64,000 nucleotides of DNA, from assembly GCA_963718875.1 (NCBI GenBank), contig OY970378.1:68396-132395 (forward strand). Reading direction: 5' to 3'. Positions 51,021-60,077 of this stretch are shown here, piece by piece. The stretch comes from Candidatus Parcubacteria bacterium. GTDB lineage: Bacteria; Patescibacteriota; Saccharimonadia; UBA4664; JBIOIQ01. The translations under genes were made by a program, and so were the position numbers. The notes below the pieces were generated by a model that saw nothing but the letters and a program-made list of their open reading frames with translations, did not search any database and was not told where the DNA came from. The first letter of the stretch is position 1. Each line of letters begins with the position of its first letter.

Positions 51021-51233
51021 TCGAAAAACACCTGTGTAATTACACAAAATTTTAAAAAAGAGACTTAGCAAAGTCTCTTTTTTTGTATCTAGGGGCACTT
51101 GTCGGGGCAATCAAATGTCAGGCAATTAAGTGAGAAGTTGCTCTATCCCCTTTCGATCGCTCCGCTTGAAGTCTGTAACGTTGCATAGTGATCCAGCTTC
51201 TCGCAGTGTGGTTCAATGCCGATTCATTTTTGC
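51015..51233 (+). repeat. Left-end repeat L, copy 1 (continues at about 52374-52619 after an insertion)
   Basis: GCACCATC..TGTGTAATTACACA palindrome, terminator AAAAGAGACTT/AAGTCTCTTTT, conserved to GTGGTTCAATGCCGATTCATTTTTG. Confidence 0.9.
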
Positions 51234-51290
51234 GAGACGCTTTGTTCCGGAGCCTTTACAGATACAACTGGCTTGTGTTCAAATTGATAC

Positions 51291-52376
51291 ATGGAATTTA
51301 TACCAGGATTGCAGTTAAGCGAACTCTTTTACAAAGAGGCAGTTCTGCCGATTCTGGAGGCGAGCTTCCCCCACTTAGCCCATGGGGCTGGGCTTATAGG
51401 TGAGGGGTCGGAGGTGCTCGGGTTTGATGACGAACGTTCAATGGATCACGATTGGGGTCCCAGATGTCAGATTTTTCTGAGCCCTGATGATCACAAGAAG
51501 TTGGCTAGCCAAATCACAGAAGTACTTGGTAAGGAGCTCCCCCGTGATTTTCGCGGGTTTCCTACCCGTTTTAGCGTTTATGAAGATACGGGCGCAAAGC
51601 TTCTGGATCGTAGTGAAAGCGGGCCGGTGACGCACAGAGTTGAAATCGAAAGCATCCCGGAGTTTTTTGGCGGGTATCTGGCATTGGATGTTGATAAAGC
51701 AATGTCTGTCTACGACTGGTTGACCACACCAGAGGAACTCCTGCTTATTGTCACTTCCGGCAAAGTTTTTTCCGACCCTCTCGGCGGACTCCAGCAGATC
51801 CGACAAAAATACTCGTACTATCCGGAGGAGGTGTGGCTGTATTTGCTCGCCTCACAGTGGCGCATAATCAGCCAAGAGGAAGCATTTATTGGTCGCACTG
51901 CGGCGGCAGGGGACGATTTGGGCTCTCGAATATTGACGGCCAAGATGGCTGGCTATTTGATGAAGCTGGCATTTCTAATGGAGAAGAAGTATGCCCCATA
52001 CAGCAAGTGGTTCGGTAAGGCATTTAGTCAGCTTGAAGCTGCAAAGCTGCTGGCTAGCCCTTTGAAATCGGCCCTTGATGCATCTGAATATTCTGAGCGT
52101 GAAGGCTACTTGTCAGAAGCTTATGAAATTGTCGCAGGTATGCATAACCAGCTTGGCATCACAGACGCCATTGACCCAACAGTTCGCTCGCATTACTACG
52201 ATCGACCCTATAAGGTCATCAAGGCCGATAGATTTGTCGATGCCATTGCGAACAAGCTTAAAGGCACTGAGCTAGCCGAGATAGCGGGCATAGGTTCCGT
52301 TGATCAGTTTGTTGCCAACGTTGACCTATTGACCCATCCTGAGCTTTGCCACAGGCTATCTGCTCTATATCTTTAA
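51291..52376 (+). CDS. DUF4037-domain (nucleotidyltransferase-like) protein
   Basis: GLIGEGSEVLGFDD..S.DHDWGPR, TSGKVF.D..G, YYPEEVW, YAPYSKW. Confidence 0.8.
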   Translation: MEFIPGLQLSELFYKEAVLPILEASFPHLAHGAGLIGEGSEVLGFDDERSMDHDWGPRCQIFLSPDDHKKLASQITEVLGKELPRDFRGFPTRFSVYEDTGAKLLDRSESGPVTHRVEIESIPEFFGGYLALDVDKAMSVYDWLTTPEELLLIVTSGKVFSDPLGGLQQIRQKYSYYPEEVWLYLLASQWRIISQEEAFIGRTAAAGDDLGSRILTAKMAGYLMKLAFLMEKKYAPYSKWFGKAFSQLEAAKLLASPLKSALDASEYSEREGYLSEAYEIVAGMHNQLGITDAIDPTVRSHYYDRPYKVIKADRFVDAIANKLKGTELAEIAGIGSVDQFVANVDLLTHPELCHRLSALYL

Positions 52377-52441
52377 TCGTTTTTGCTCTTGCAGATCTTT
52401 GCTTTCGGCGCGACAATCGCGGTAATTAACGAGAAGTAGTC

Positions 52442-52591
52442 ATGAAGCAGCCCAAACCCCGTTCGCAGCGCCGCGTCAGAGTAACTGGAGTTAAGAAGAA
52501 AGAGCCGAATGTAAAGCTTTTCACATTGGCTCTGATCGAACTAGCAAGGGAGCAGGTGCAAGCTGAGGACAAGAAGACAGGCGACAAATAA
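52442..52591 (+). CDS. 49 aa basic small protein, part of left-end repeat
   Basis: Hand-translated MKQPKPRSQRRVRVTGVKKKEPNVKLFTLALIELAREQVQAEDKKTGDK; paralog at 60376 differs mostly at synonymous sites. Confidence 0.75.
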   Translation: MKQPKPRSQRRVRVTGVKKKEPNVKLFTLALIELAREQVQAEDKKTGDK

Positions 52592-52693
52592 CGTCTACGT
52601 TACGCTCATGCTTGTCTTAAAATCACTGTGCCCTGAGCAGTAAGTGATTCGGTCGACTGGTTTCGAACCACATTCTTTATCTGTCCTTTGGCG

Positions 52694-53341
52694 TTAGGCG
52701 AAGAGACTGTATATGACCGGCTTCTCGGCTCTATGATAAGACACGAATAATCTATCGGAACACAGATTGCCCCAGGACAATACCGACGCCAGGATTTCGG
52801 CTGGCGTCCAACGGTAGGTTACGAACGATGTATCACTTACGGCCGTTGATACGCTCGTTTCCATATGGGAGGTTTGCGGATCAAAGCCCGGGATGAGGGG
52901 CTCATAGGTGAAAATGAGGCTTCCTTTGGAGTTTAGGTGTTTCCCGACCTGCAGTAGCACCTGGGGGAGATCAGGGATAAACTCCAGACTTCCAATGGCC
53001 ACCACAAGGTCAAACAGGCGCGCATCCCTCGCGAGGAACTGCACAAGGTCTTCGGCATGAGTCTCGGCTGAGGGGAACTTCGCCGCAGCTATGTCGATCA
53101 TTGCTGGGGAAATATCCACAGCCACCAAAGTCTGGAGATCTGGATATAGCTCGCATATCTGGCTAAGAGTCTGTCCGGTGCCGCAGCCCAAGTCGAGCGC
53201 CGTCGAAGCTCTGACCGCGCTGGCTAAGAGTTCCTCGCCCAGGACACTGTTTGGTATCCACGCACCATCACCCGTTGCTGCGTCATATAGCGGGGCTAAC
53301 CCATTCCAGTATTTTGCTGTACTCTTATTCAGGTCCACCAT
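52694..53341 (-). CDS. Class I SAM-dependent methyltransferase
   Basis: ALDLGCGTG, VDISPAM, FDLVVA.GSLEF. Confidence 0.85.
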   Translation of the reverse strand: MVDLNKSTAKYWNGLAPLYDAATGDGAWIPNSVLGEELLASAVRASTALDLGCGTGQTLSQICELYPDLQTLVAVDISPAMIDIAAAKFPSAETHAEDLVQFLARDARLFDLVVAIGSLEFIPDLPQVLLQVGKHLNSKGSLIFTYEPLIPGFDPQTSHMETSVSTAVSDTSFVTYRWTPAEILASVLSWGNLCSDRLFVSYHRAEKPVIYSLFA

Positions 53342-53607
53342 TTAATCCGATTATATACTACGAATAAGGTGGCACTAATTTCGCAAAAGAACAAGTTGCA
53401 GCAGTCGAATCGAGCAAGAGAAATGACGCTAACCAAGCCTACTTTCTCTTTCCCTTATGCTTGGTCAATTGAGCTCAATGTCATATAATGTTGTTTCGGG
53501 TTGACCGGATTGGTTCTTATCCGAATCTGATTTACTTCTGCTTAGCGCTCTGATGAGCCCAGTGCGCTGAGCTTGGGAAGTACCTGAGCCGGCATGGAGG
53601 CAATCCC

Positions 53608-54006
53608 GTGACAATCGGTATCTTCGAAGACGTCCTGCCGGCAGGATGGTCGTCCGATGTTGGCAATCCACCACAGCTCGGCGACGTCATCATGAGCATG
53701 CAGAGCAACCGGTCATTTCCAATCCCCATGCTTCTCGAGGTCACCGATCCATCGGGCATGCTGCCGCCGGAAGAGAGCGTCTACCTTCCGGTGCGTGCGA
53801 CCTCGATCCGCACGGTCTACCCGCAGGGCTGGGACGAGCCCGAGTACGAGGTCGTGGGGTACGTGACTCGCACCAGATCGGAGCGGGAGATCACCTGGGT
53901 TCGGATCGATCTTCGTACGAACGGCGATACCACCATCAAGGAAGCGACGGCGTATCTCCTTGGCCCAGGGGAAGAGATCGGGCTCGATCAGACCATCAGG
54001 AACTGA
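53608..54006 (+). CDS. Hypothetical GC-rich cassette protein
   Basis: TTGGTC(53461)-17-TATAAT, structured leader, GGAGG, GTG start, R1 hairpin downstream. Confidence 0.65.
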   Translation: MTIGIFEDVLPAGWSSDVGNPPQLGDVIMSMQSNRSFPIPMLLEVTDPSGMLPPEESVYLPVRATSIRTVYPQGWDEPEYEVVGYVTRTRSEREITWVRIDLRTNGDTTIKEATAYLLGPGEEIGLDQTIRN

Positions 54007-54058
54007 GCAAGATTCGGGAGGGCCCCGAGCGGCCGACATCGCCGCGCATCATTGCAAA

Positions 54059-54109
54059 GGCAGGGAACTGGGGTTCGCGCCCCAGTTCCCTGCCCCACTT
54101 TTATGACTA
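54059..54109 (+). repeat. 3' hairpin family R1, copy a
   Basis: GGCAGGGAACTGGGG-TTCGCG-CCCCAGTTCCCTGCC CCACTTTTATGACTA. Confidence 0.9.
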
Positions 54110-54232
54110 GATACATTGTTAAATAGTCGTTTATGCTTGGCATTAATTCATTTTGGTATTAATATATTCCTACGTTTCAATACGGACCAAACAGCCAACC
54201 TTGGCTAACGTGTTGAACGGTGAGGAGAGTGC

Positions 54233-54568
54233 ATGACAACTGGCGTTTTGACGGATGACGACATCAACGGCAGGCGCAGGATGATTCGTCTCGAACTGCT
54301 CAGTCGCGGCCAAGTCGGCGTGGTTGGTGCGGGGGGCATGGTTCCGATGCAGGAGCTGACTCCCTACGAGCTGCACGAGCACATCGGCAACGTCGGATGG
54401 GAACTCGAAGGCTTGACTCGGACCGACTGGATCAACCTCAGCGCGGCCGAACAGGAGGCCTTCCTGCACAGCATGGACAACCTGGAGAGGTTGCTCGACG
54501 CCGATCCCGAGGCGAGCGTCCCCACGGCACTCGAACTCGGTATCGATCCCAACTTCCTTCTGAACTAG
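54233..54568 (+). CDS. Hypothetical acidic GC-rich cassette protein
   Basis: TTGGCA(54137)-17-TAATAT, GAGGAG RBS, R2 hairpin downstream. Confidence 0.65.
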   Translation: MTTGVLTDDDINGRRRMIRLELLSRGQVGVVGAGGMVPMQELTPYELHEHIGNVGWELEGLTRTDWINLSAAEQEAFLHSMDNLERLLDADPEASVPTALELGIDPNFLLN

Positions 54569-54605
54569 CCCCATCGGCGACGACGCCGAGCTCACCCCCC
54601 GTCCT

Positions 54606-54657
54606 TATTCGCCTCTCAGACAAGGCTCCTCGCCAACTCTGGGAGGCGCCTTGCGTT
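54606..54657 (+). repeat. 3' hairpin family R2, copy a
   Basis: TATTCGCCTCTCAG..CAAGGCTCCTCGCC..CTGGGAGGCGCCTTGCGTT. Confidence 0.9.
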
Positions 54658-54737
54658 TAGGCAACCTGTTAAACCCCGCCTGAACCTTTGCGCTCATGCT
54701 TGCCTAATTGAGTTCATATCAGTATTAGTATCTTATG

Positions 54738-54815
54738 CTCCGCCGCAGCAAACTGAGCACTTCGATTAGCACTCAGCTTGCTGCGAAACCGGAAAGTCCG
54801 GATAAGCGGAGGAGG
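54738..54815 (+). ncRNA. Putative structured 5' leader (three-stem junction covering the RBS), copy 1
   Basis: CTCCGC/GCGGAG, CGCAGCAA.CTGAG/CTCAG.TTGCTGCG, CCGGA/TCCGG; near-identical copy at 61236. Confidence 0.6.
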
Positions 54816-54823
54816 CTCGTGAT

Positions 54824-55239
54824 ATGACCGACCAGGCATCAGCTTATCATGTCCCAGTTCTGAGCCACTATGCAATTTGGTACGGACCAAACATCGACGT
54901 TTTGAGCGCTGCCGTTCCATCCCGTGACCCTCGAGGCACGATCAAGCCGGGGGCCGACTACTTCCGGTTCTACGACGTTCTGGAACTTGAAGCGGAAGTC
55001 GATGGGGAGATGGTTCGCTTTTACAGCGGCCCCGCAACTACTCGTCGTTCTATTTTCCTGGGGGTGGCTTCCTTACTGGCGACGATCGTGACAACGCCCT
55101 ACGTCGCCGAGGAATTTCGTTCGAGCTCGACAAGTATCTGGTGATCTGGACTCGCTACCGCGTCGTACTCCTGACGGCGGAAGAGCTGGCGGGTGCAGAT
55201 GTTGAGTTCCCTCCCCTGGCATCATCCGATGTTGTCTGA
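54824..55239 (+). pseudogene. Hypothetical cassette protein, apparently frameshifted in the C run near 55030
   Basis: One extra C gives ..SGPRNYSSFYFPGGG...ASSDVV*, ending at 55239 and overlapping the next ATG (55229). Confidence 0.5.
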
Positions 55240-55549
55240 GGATCTAGCCACTCTGGCCGCAATTTGGCGAGACTGGCACACTGTGCACTTCGCTCTCGGA
55301 ACCAACAGTGAGCCGGCCGAAATCAAGGTTGTTCAAGAAGCTCACGAGTTCCGCGACCATCCTTCTCTGGCAGAAGCTGCCGACGTGATTATTCCTCTGC
55401 TGACCTGGCTCGATACCAAAGGTCACGCTGTGGAGGATCTGATTGGAGCGGTGGCGGCAAAGATCCATGAGAACATGCGGCGAACCTGGGTGCGTCAACC
55501 TGACGGGACTTTCCAGCATGTCGAAGATTCTGATGAACCAGCCGGCTAA
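55229..55549 (+). CDS. MazG-like / DUF550-type dNTP pyrophosphohydrolase
   Basis: KVVQEAHEF..HPSLAEAADVII...AVAAK...N.RRTW..QPDG..QHV. Confidence 0.65.
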   Translation: MLSEDLATLAAIWRDWHTVHFALGTNSEPAEIKVVQEAHEFRDHPSLAEAADVIIPLLTWLDTKGHAVEDLIGAVAAKIHENMRRTWVRQPDGTFQHVEDSDEPAG

Positions 55550-55568
55550 TGGCCGCAACGATCCGTTC

Positions 55569-55620
55569 TATTCGCCTCCCAGGCCAAGGCTCCTCGCCAT
55601 TCTGGGAGGCGCCTTGCGTT
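55569..55620 (+). repeat. 3' hairpin family R2, copy b
   Basis: TATTCGCCTCCCAGGCCAAGGCTCCTCGCCATTCTGGGAGGCGCCTTGCGTT. Confidence 0.9.
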
Positions 55621-55665
55621 TTGGGGATTTGTTTCTTGCTCATGCTTGCCTAAAGATTCAAAACG

Positions 55666-55694
55666 TTGACATATTTCAACTTTTAGCATATAAT
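55666..55694 (+). promoter_or_regulatory. Consensus sigma70 promoter
   Basis: TTGACA-17 nt-TATAAT. Confidence 0.8.
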
Positions 55695-55798
55695 ATGACA
55701 CGGCATTTTTGAAAGGGCTTCGGAGTCTCGCCAGCAGTCTGCTGCTTTTTGCAGGAGCCGCCTGCTGTCCGGGACTCTCACGAAAGGCCTGATTCATA

Positions 55799-56281
55799 AT
55801 GCTGACCTTTGAAGAACTGTTTGCCGAAGTCGTTGTACGCTTCGACGCCGCTCCTGACACCCGCATTGAAGCTGACGGAGTGCTCTATGCAAACGACTAT
55901 GTCCACTTCGCTTGGCTTTTGACTGAAGAGCGCATTACCACGCGGGAGGAAGCGCTTGAACTCATTCAAGACATGGTGCGGAACTATGAAGTTCCGAACG
56001 CATCTCCTAGAGACGGCTTGGAGTTCACCGACTGGGTAGGACTGGCGGTTCAGCTCTTTGTCACCCTGGTCGAAGGGAGGGTTGAAAGTGACCCTGTTTT
56101 GGAACGAGCTGAGCGCAGGCGAAGCGTGTTGGTCTCTGTAGCAACCGAAACTGGTTTGGCCGCTAAGGCCAACCTCGAAGAGAGTGGTTTTACGACCACT
56201 GTGGACTGGGGCAATTTGCTCCTTCTGAGAATCGGAGCAAAGGATCTCGTTCCGGTGCGAGCGCCTGAAGACGAGTCCTGA
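55799..56281 (+). CDS. Hypothetical acidic cassette protein
   Basis: Downstream of consensus promoter; R1 hairpin follows. Confidence 0.6.
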   Translation: MLTFEELFAEVVVRFDAAPDTRIEADGVLYANDYVHFAWLLTEERITTREEALELIQDMVRNYEVPNASPRDGLEFTDWVGLAVQLFVTLVEGRVESDPVLERAERRRSVLVSVATETGLAAKANLEESGFTTTVDWGNLLLLRIGAKDLVPVRAPEDES

Positions 56282-56344
56282 TCCAATAACACTCCATTTC
56301 AACGTTTCCCAGGCTGTTTCGGAGTGAGGCTAGGAGTCCTTGTT

Positions 56345-56397
56345 CACCGCAGGAGTTGGGGTTCGCGCCCCAGCTCCTGCCCCACTTTATGACTACA
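56345..56397 (+). repeat. 3' hairpin family R1, copy b
   Basis: GCAGGAGTTGGGG-TTCGCG-CCCCAGCTCCTGC CCCACTTTATGACTACA. Confidence 0.9.
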
Positions 56398-56402
56398 CAG
56401 CT

Positions 56403-56640
56403 CGCCGCCTGGCGGAACTTCCAGGTTCTTAACGGCAAGAATCAGCTGATTTCTGGATGTTCGGCCAATGTTCGTCAGAGCCTGCCACGGTATAACGACA
56501 AAGAGGGTCTCTTTTTGTAGTTTGTGTAAGCGGGTGTAATCGATGTTGTGCCGGGTCTTAAGCTTCCAGAGTGGAATGATACAGAATACTGATCGCGTCA
56601 TGGATTCCTGGGTTTGAAAGCTGTCCGATTAGGGGCACCA
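56403..56640 (+). repeat. Right-end repeat R (~236 bp), copy 1, ending in att-like GGGTTTGAAAGCTGTCCGATTAGGGGCACCA
   Basis: Aligns end to end with 58222-58457; last ~70 nt identical. Confidence 0.92.
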
Positions 56641-56833
56641 ACGTAAGAATTATTCTCAAAACGTGGCTTATCAAAGCCACGTTTTTTGTGGTTTGAATGC
56701 TGTCCGATTAGGTGCCTAATCGAAATGATGACTTGGATGTCCTTGCAGGTATGGTCGAGTAAGTGCGTGATTGCTCAAAGCACAGCTGCCGAGAGCAAGC
56801 TCGACGTAGGCGTTTGCCAAGATAGGCAGTAAA

Positions 56834-57316
56834 ATGGGAACCATGGAGAAATGGTCCCTACCCCCACGGATCAAGATATACGAGGCGCTCGGAGCCATCG
56901 CGGACGGGCGACTGACACTAACGACGCCGGGCGCTGCCACTGTCTTATCCTCTTCTGGCAACAAGACGTACAACGTTACCTACAATGCCGAGACAGGTGA
57001 AGTTACCTCGAATGATAATGGCTCGTATTGGCAAGGATACCTGGGATACCCCGCGATTGCCTATTTCATGGCTAAGGGCATTTTGCAGTACGAGTCAACA
57101 GTCGCGGCGTGGCTCAAAGGAATTGCCTGGAAGGATGTCAACACTAAGTTCGAGAACGACTATGTCCAGACCGAGGCTTTAGTGCGCAGCTATGTCATTG
57201 AAGCAGGAGGCGACCTGGTGGTTCTTGATAGTCAGATCAACAAGACAACACACCAGCTGACGCTCCTTCCTCTCAGGAAGGGCGCTTCCTTGAACAAGCC
57301 CCCTGGGGATTACTAG
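56834..57316 (+). CDS. Conserved hypothetical protein
   Basis: PPRIKIYEALGAIADGR, SSSGNK.Y.V, SNDNGSYWQGYLGYPAIA; recognisable family, function unknown to me. Confidence 0.75.
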   Translation: MGTMEKWSLPPRIKIYEALGAIADGRLTLTTPGAATVLSSSGNKTYNVTYNAETGEVTSNDNGSYWQGYLGYPAIAYFMAKGILQYESTVAAWLKGIAWKDVNTKFENDYVQTEALVRSYVIEAGGDLVVLDSQINKTTHQLTLLPLRKGASLNKPPGDY

Positions 57317-57478
57317 GCGAGATATTCTCCAATGCGCCCATTACTCCCCGTGCAACTAACCCCTTGTCCGGCGCTATTTCATATCACATGATCTTGTGAT
57401 ATAACGGCAACAACAACCTTACCAGCGTCCGTGAGAACTGACTGGAGGAGACAAAAGCTAAGACGAGGAAATCGATCC

Positions 57479-57757
57479 ATGAAGCGCATCCAGTACGAAC
57501 AACGTTCCAGGCCGATCGCCGCTCTCTGGGCATTCTTGGCCCTAGTACTCAGCCTGCCGATAGTGGGAGGTGCGTGGTTCTTCCTGTCGGCATGGATGGC
57601 GTATAAGTGGGGTGGTGGTTTCTTTAGCCAAAGCCAGCCAATAGCCAGCTGGTATTCCTACGCTTCGTACGGGAGCATTCTGATCGCTCTTGCCATCGAA
57701 GGCGCGATCGTGATATGGGCATATCGTATGGTTCGAAAGCGTACATTGAAGCCTTAA
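57479..57757 (+). CDS. Small two-TM membrane protein
   Basis: GAGGA RBS, ATG 57479, two hydrophobic helices. Confidence 0.55.
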   Translation: MKRIQYEQRSRPIAALWAFLALVLSLPIVGGAWFFLSAWMAYKWGGGFFSQSQPIASWYSYASYGSILIALAIEGAIVIWAYRMVRKRTLKP

Positions 57758-57859
57758 CCGGCCCCCTCTCTCCCGGTACGTCGGCGACGCTTGCTTTACC
57801 GACTGACTTGTATGTCAAACAAAATGGTGAAACAATTATGACAGTTATTAGGCTATGTC

Positions 57860-58153
57860 ATGAAGAGTTCTTCGCAATCCCCTTATCGTTATTTAATTGC
57901 TGTTGGGATAAGTTTTGCTGCTGTTGTAGAAAGCTGGTGGGTAGTTTCAAAGCTAATCCCTGCTCTCTCAAGCCAGACAGGTATCATGGGGGCGGCACAC
58001 CCTCGTCCTCGGTTTCCTATTTACCTGGCTTGGCTAGTGATGATTGCTGTACTTGGAAGTGCAGCACTTAGCTGGATTAAGTCGAAGTATGCAATCGGGC
58101 TTTTTGCAATCTGTAGTCTCGCGACGTTTATTCTAGCCTTAGCTGCTATTTAG
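57860..58153 (+). CDS. Small three-TM membrane protein
   Basis: Hydrophobic 97 aa ORF. Confidence 0.5.
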   Translation: MKSSSQSPYRYLIAVGISFAAVVESWWVVSKLIPALSSQTGIMGAAHPRPRFPIYLAWLVMIAVLGSAALSWIKSKYAIGLFAICSLATFILALAAI

Positions 58154-58221
58154 GATCGCTTGTCTGATCCCGTTCCGAACCACACAGAGAAGCAAGAGAA
58201 GTTGCAAACTCAGGGTTCGAA

Positions 58222-58457
58222 CGCCGCCTGGCGGAAGTTCCAGGACCATAGCCGCAACAATCAATCAATTTCTGGACGTTCGGCCAATGTTCGTTCAAGC
58301 CCGCCACGGTATAACGACAAAGAGGGTTTCTTTTTGTAGTTTGTGTAAGCGGGTGTAATCGATGTTGTGCCGGTCTAGGCTTCCTGCGTGGAATGATACA
58401 GAATACTGATCGCGTCATGGATTCCTGGGTTTGAAAGCTGTCCGATTAGGGGCACCA
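58222..58457 (+). repeat. Right-end repeat R, copy 2
   Basis: See 56403-56640. Confidence 0.92.
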
Positions 58458-58668
58458 TCAAATTTCATGTGTGTAATTACACAAAAGTATGGAAAAGAGA
58501 CTTAGCAAAGTCTCTTTTTTGTATTTAGGGGGTAGCCGTCGCATGTATCAATTGCAAGCAACTTAGTAAGAAATCGCTCTACCCCCTCTCGCTCGCTCCG
58601 CTTGAAGTCTGTAATTTTGCATAGTGATCCAACTTCTTGCAATGTGGTTCAATGCCGATTCATTTTTG
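58452..58668 (+). repeat. Left-end repeat L, copy 2 (truncated at the CATTTTTG site)
   Basis: Aligns with 51015-51232 and 60103-60319. Confidence 0.9.
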
Positions 58669-58810
58669 AGGGCTTAGGCTTTTGCCACTACGAGTAAGCT
58701 AGAACCCCGTATCCAGCTATTTGTTTCGGGAAGGACATCTGGCTGTGTGTTGGGAGAGAGCAATCAGTGTCTATTTTGGAAGTGAGGGCGGCGGGTGTAC
58801 AATTAATACA

Positions 58811-59272
58811 ATGCATGGATCCACGAGACGTATATCCTCACTGACACTGCTAATAGGTGTGCTGGGAGTTCTTTACGTATCTTGGACTTTGAGCTCTAGT
58901 TTTACCGGCGAACAGAAGGCCGACCCCCAGCTACAAATTCTTCGCCACGATCCAATGGCATCTTGGGATCCCTCTGTTGTAACTGGGACTGAGCAGAGAA
59001 CCGAGCGAGCCTCAAGTGACGGGTTAATAACCGGTACGAACGCCAAGCTCCTGCGCGTTATTCCTCTATCGACTGAGGTTGGTGTACTTGACGAAGCATC
59101 ACGAGCCGCAGCGTCCGCGGGATGGGTATTGCAGGATCGAGCGCAGGCCGATACTATTATTGGTTCCCGAAACATAGAAGCACACGTGGTAACTATTAGT
59201 CTGAGCCTGTTACGACCGCCTGACTCAGGTATCAATGGACCAACTCTTTTGATCAGCCTGACAGGGACCTGA
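58811..59272 (+). CDS. Hypothetical membrane-anchored/secreted protein
   Basis: ATG 58811 just after TGTACAAT; N-terminal TM; R2 hairpin follows. Confidence 0.55.
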   Translation: MHGSTRRISSLTLLIGVLGVLYVSWTLSSSFTGEQKADPQLQILRHDPMASWDPSVVTGTEQRTERASSDGLITGTNAKLLRVIPLSTEVGVLDEASRAAASAGWVLQDRAQADTIIGSRNIEAHVVTISLSLLRPPDSGINGPTLLISLTGT

Positions 59273-59302
59273 CAGGCTGATCGTCTGTCAGGCAGATGCC
59301 GA

Positions 59303-59351
59303 CGCCTCCCAGGCCAAGGCTTCTCGCCAATCCTGGGAGGCGCCTTGCGTT
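59303..59351 (+). repeat. 3' hairpin family R2, copy c
   Basis: CGCCTCCCAGGCCAAGGCTTCTCGCCAATCCTGGGAGGCGCCTTGCGTT. Confidence 0.9.
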
Positions 59352-59504
59352 AAGATCACCCCTTAATAGCAAATGTTGAGCTTCCTATATAGAGTTCAAG
59401 AAAGGCCGTTGGCAAGTAGCTTTTTCTTTGTTTTTATTTTCTCACGTCTCAATATGTACCTATCGCTATTCCGGCGAACTTATTGGGCGGAAGAGGAGCA
59501 CTGA

Positions 59505-59936
59505 ATGACCAACCCGTTCCAGCAGTTGTCTGACGACGAGGTTGCAGCCAGGATAGCTACCTGTCGTCATCTGTTGACCCGGCTCGGCGTAGTCCGCGTG
59601 CACATCGGCCGTGCTTTGCCGATGAGCGAGCTGACCGTTGTCGAGCTCGATGACCGCACCGCCCACATGCAGGCCCTACTCGACACCAAGGGCCAGCCGG
59701 AATCAGTCCGTGACGCAGCAGTGGAAGCCGCTGCCCTGCGCCGCGAGTTCGAGGTCATGGAGTATCTGCTCCAGCACCCCCACGCATCGCTGTTGTCTAC
59801 CGATACCCTCGGGCCTCCGCCCGTTTCGGAGGGTCCCGGCGTGGTGTTGCCAGTCGGAGGTCCTTCGTCCGCAGTGGTGACTCTGTTGCGAGCCAGAAGG
59901 GCTGTTCCCGTCCCTGCCATGGCCATGGCGGCCTAG
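59505..59936 (+). CDS. Hypothetical GC-rich cassette protein
   Basis: GAGGAG RBS; degenerate R2 at 59983-60026. Confidence 0.6.
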   Translation: MTNPFQQLSDDEVAARIATCRHLLTRLGVVRVHIGRALPMSELTVVELDDRTAHMQALLDTKGQPESVRDAAVEAAALRREFEVMEYLLQHPHASLLSTDTLGPPPVSEGPGVVLPVGGPSSAVVTLLRARRAVPVPAMAMAA

Positions 59937-60077
59937 CTGCAACCGATCATCTCCACCTAACCAAGCGACTTCAAGTCGCGACCGCCTCTCACGCAAGGCT
60001 CCTCCTTGCCTGACGGCGTCTTGCTTTAGTCACGAATCACCAAATCACACAAAACAGCCAGAGAAGCCGTGAATTCT

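Noticed and set aside
53545-53590. Hammerhead ribozyme suggested by CTGATGAG
   Set aside because: No correctly placed GAAA after stem II; the sequence folds better as the leader hairpin.
55569-55620. R2 as an HDV-like/theta ribozyme (TCCTCGC loop, nested pairings)
   Set aside because: P3 cannot form in the HDV register, P1 does not begin with G, and there is no catalytic C-containing J4/2 strand.
56609-56640. Second tRNA or tRNA fragment ending in ACCA
   Set aside because: No T-stem pairing or cloverleaf; only GCACCA matches the tRNA, so it is treated as an att-like junction.
56344-58418. Minus-strand ORFs MTRSVFCIIP (56344..56601, 58146..58418)
   Set aside because: The two copies shift frame relative to one another after about 15 codons, so the repeat is not conserved as this protein.
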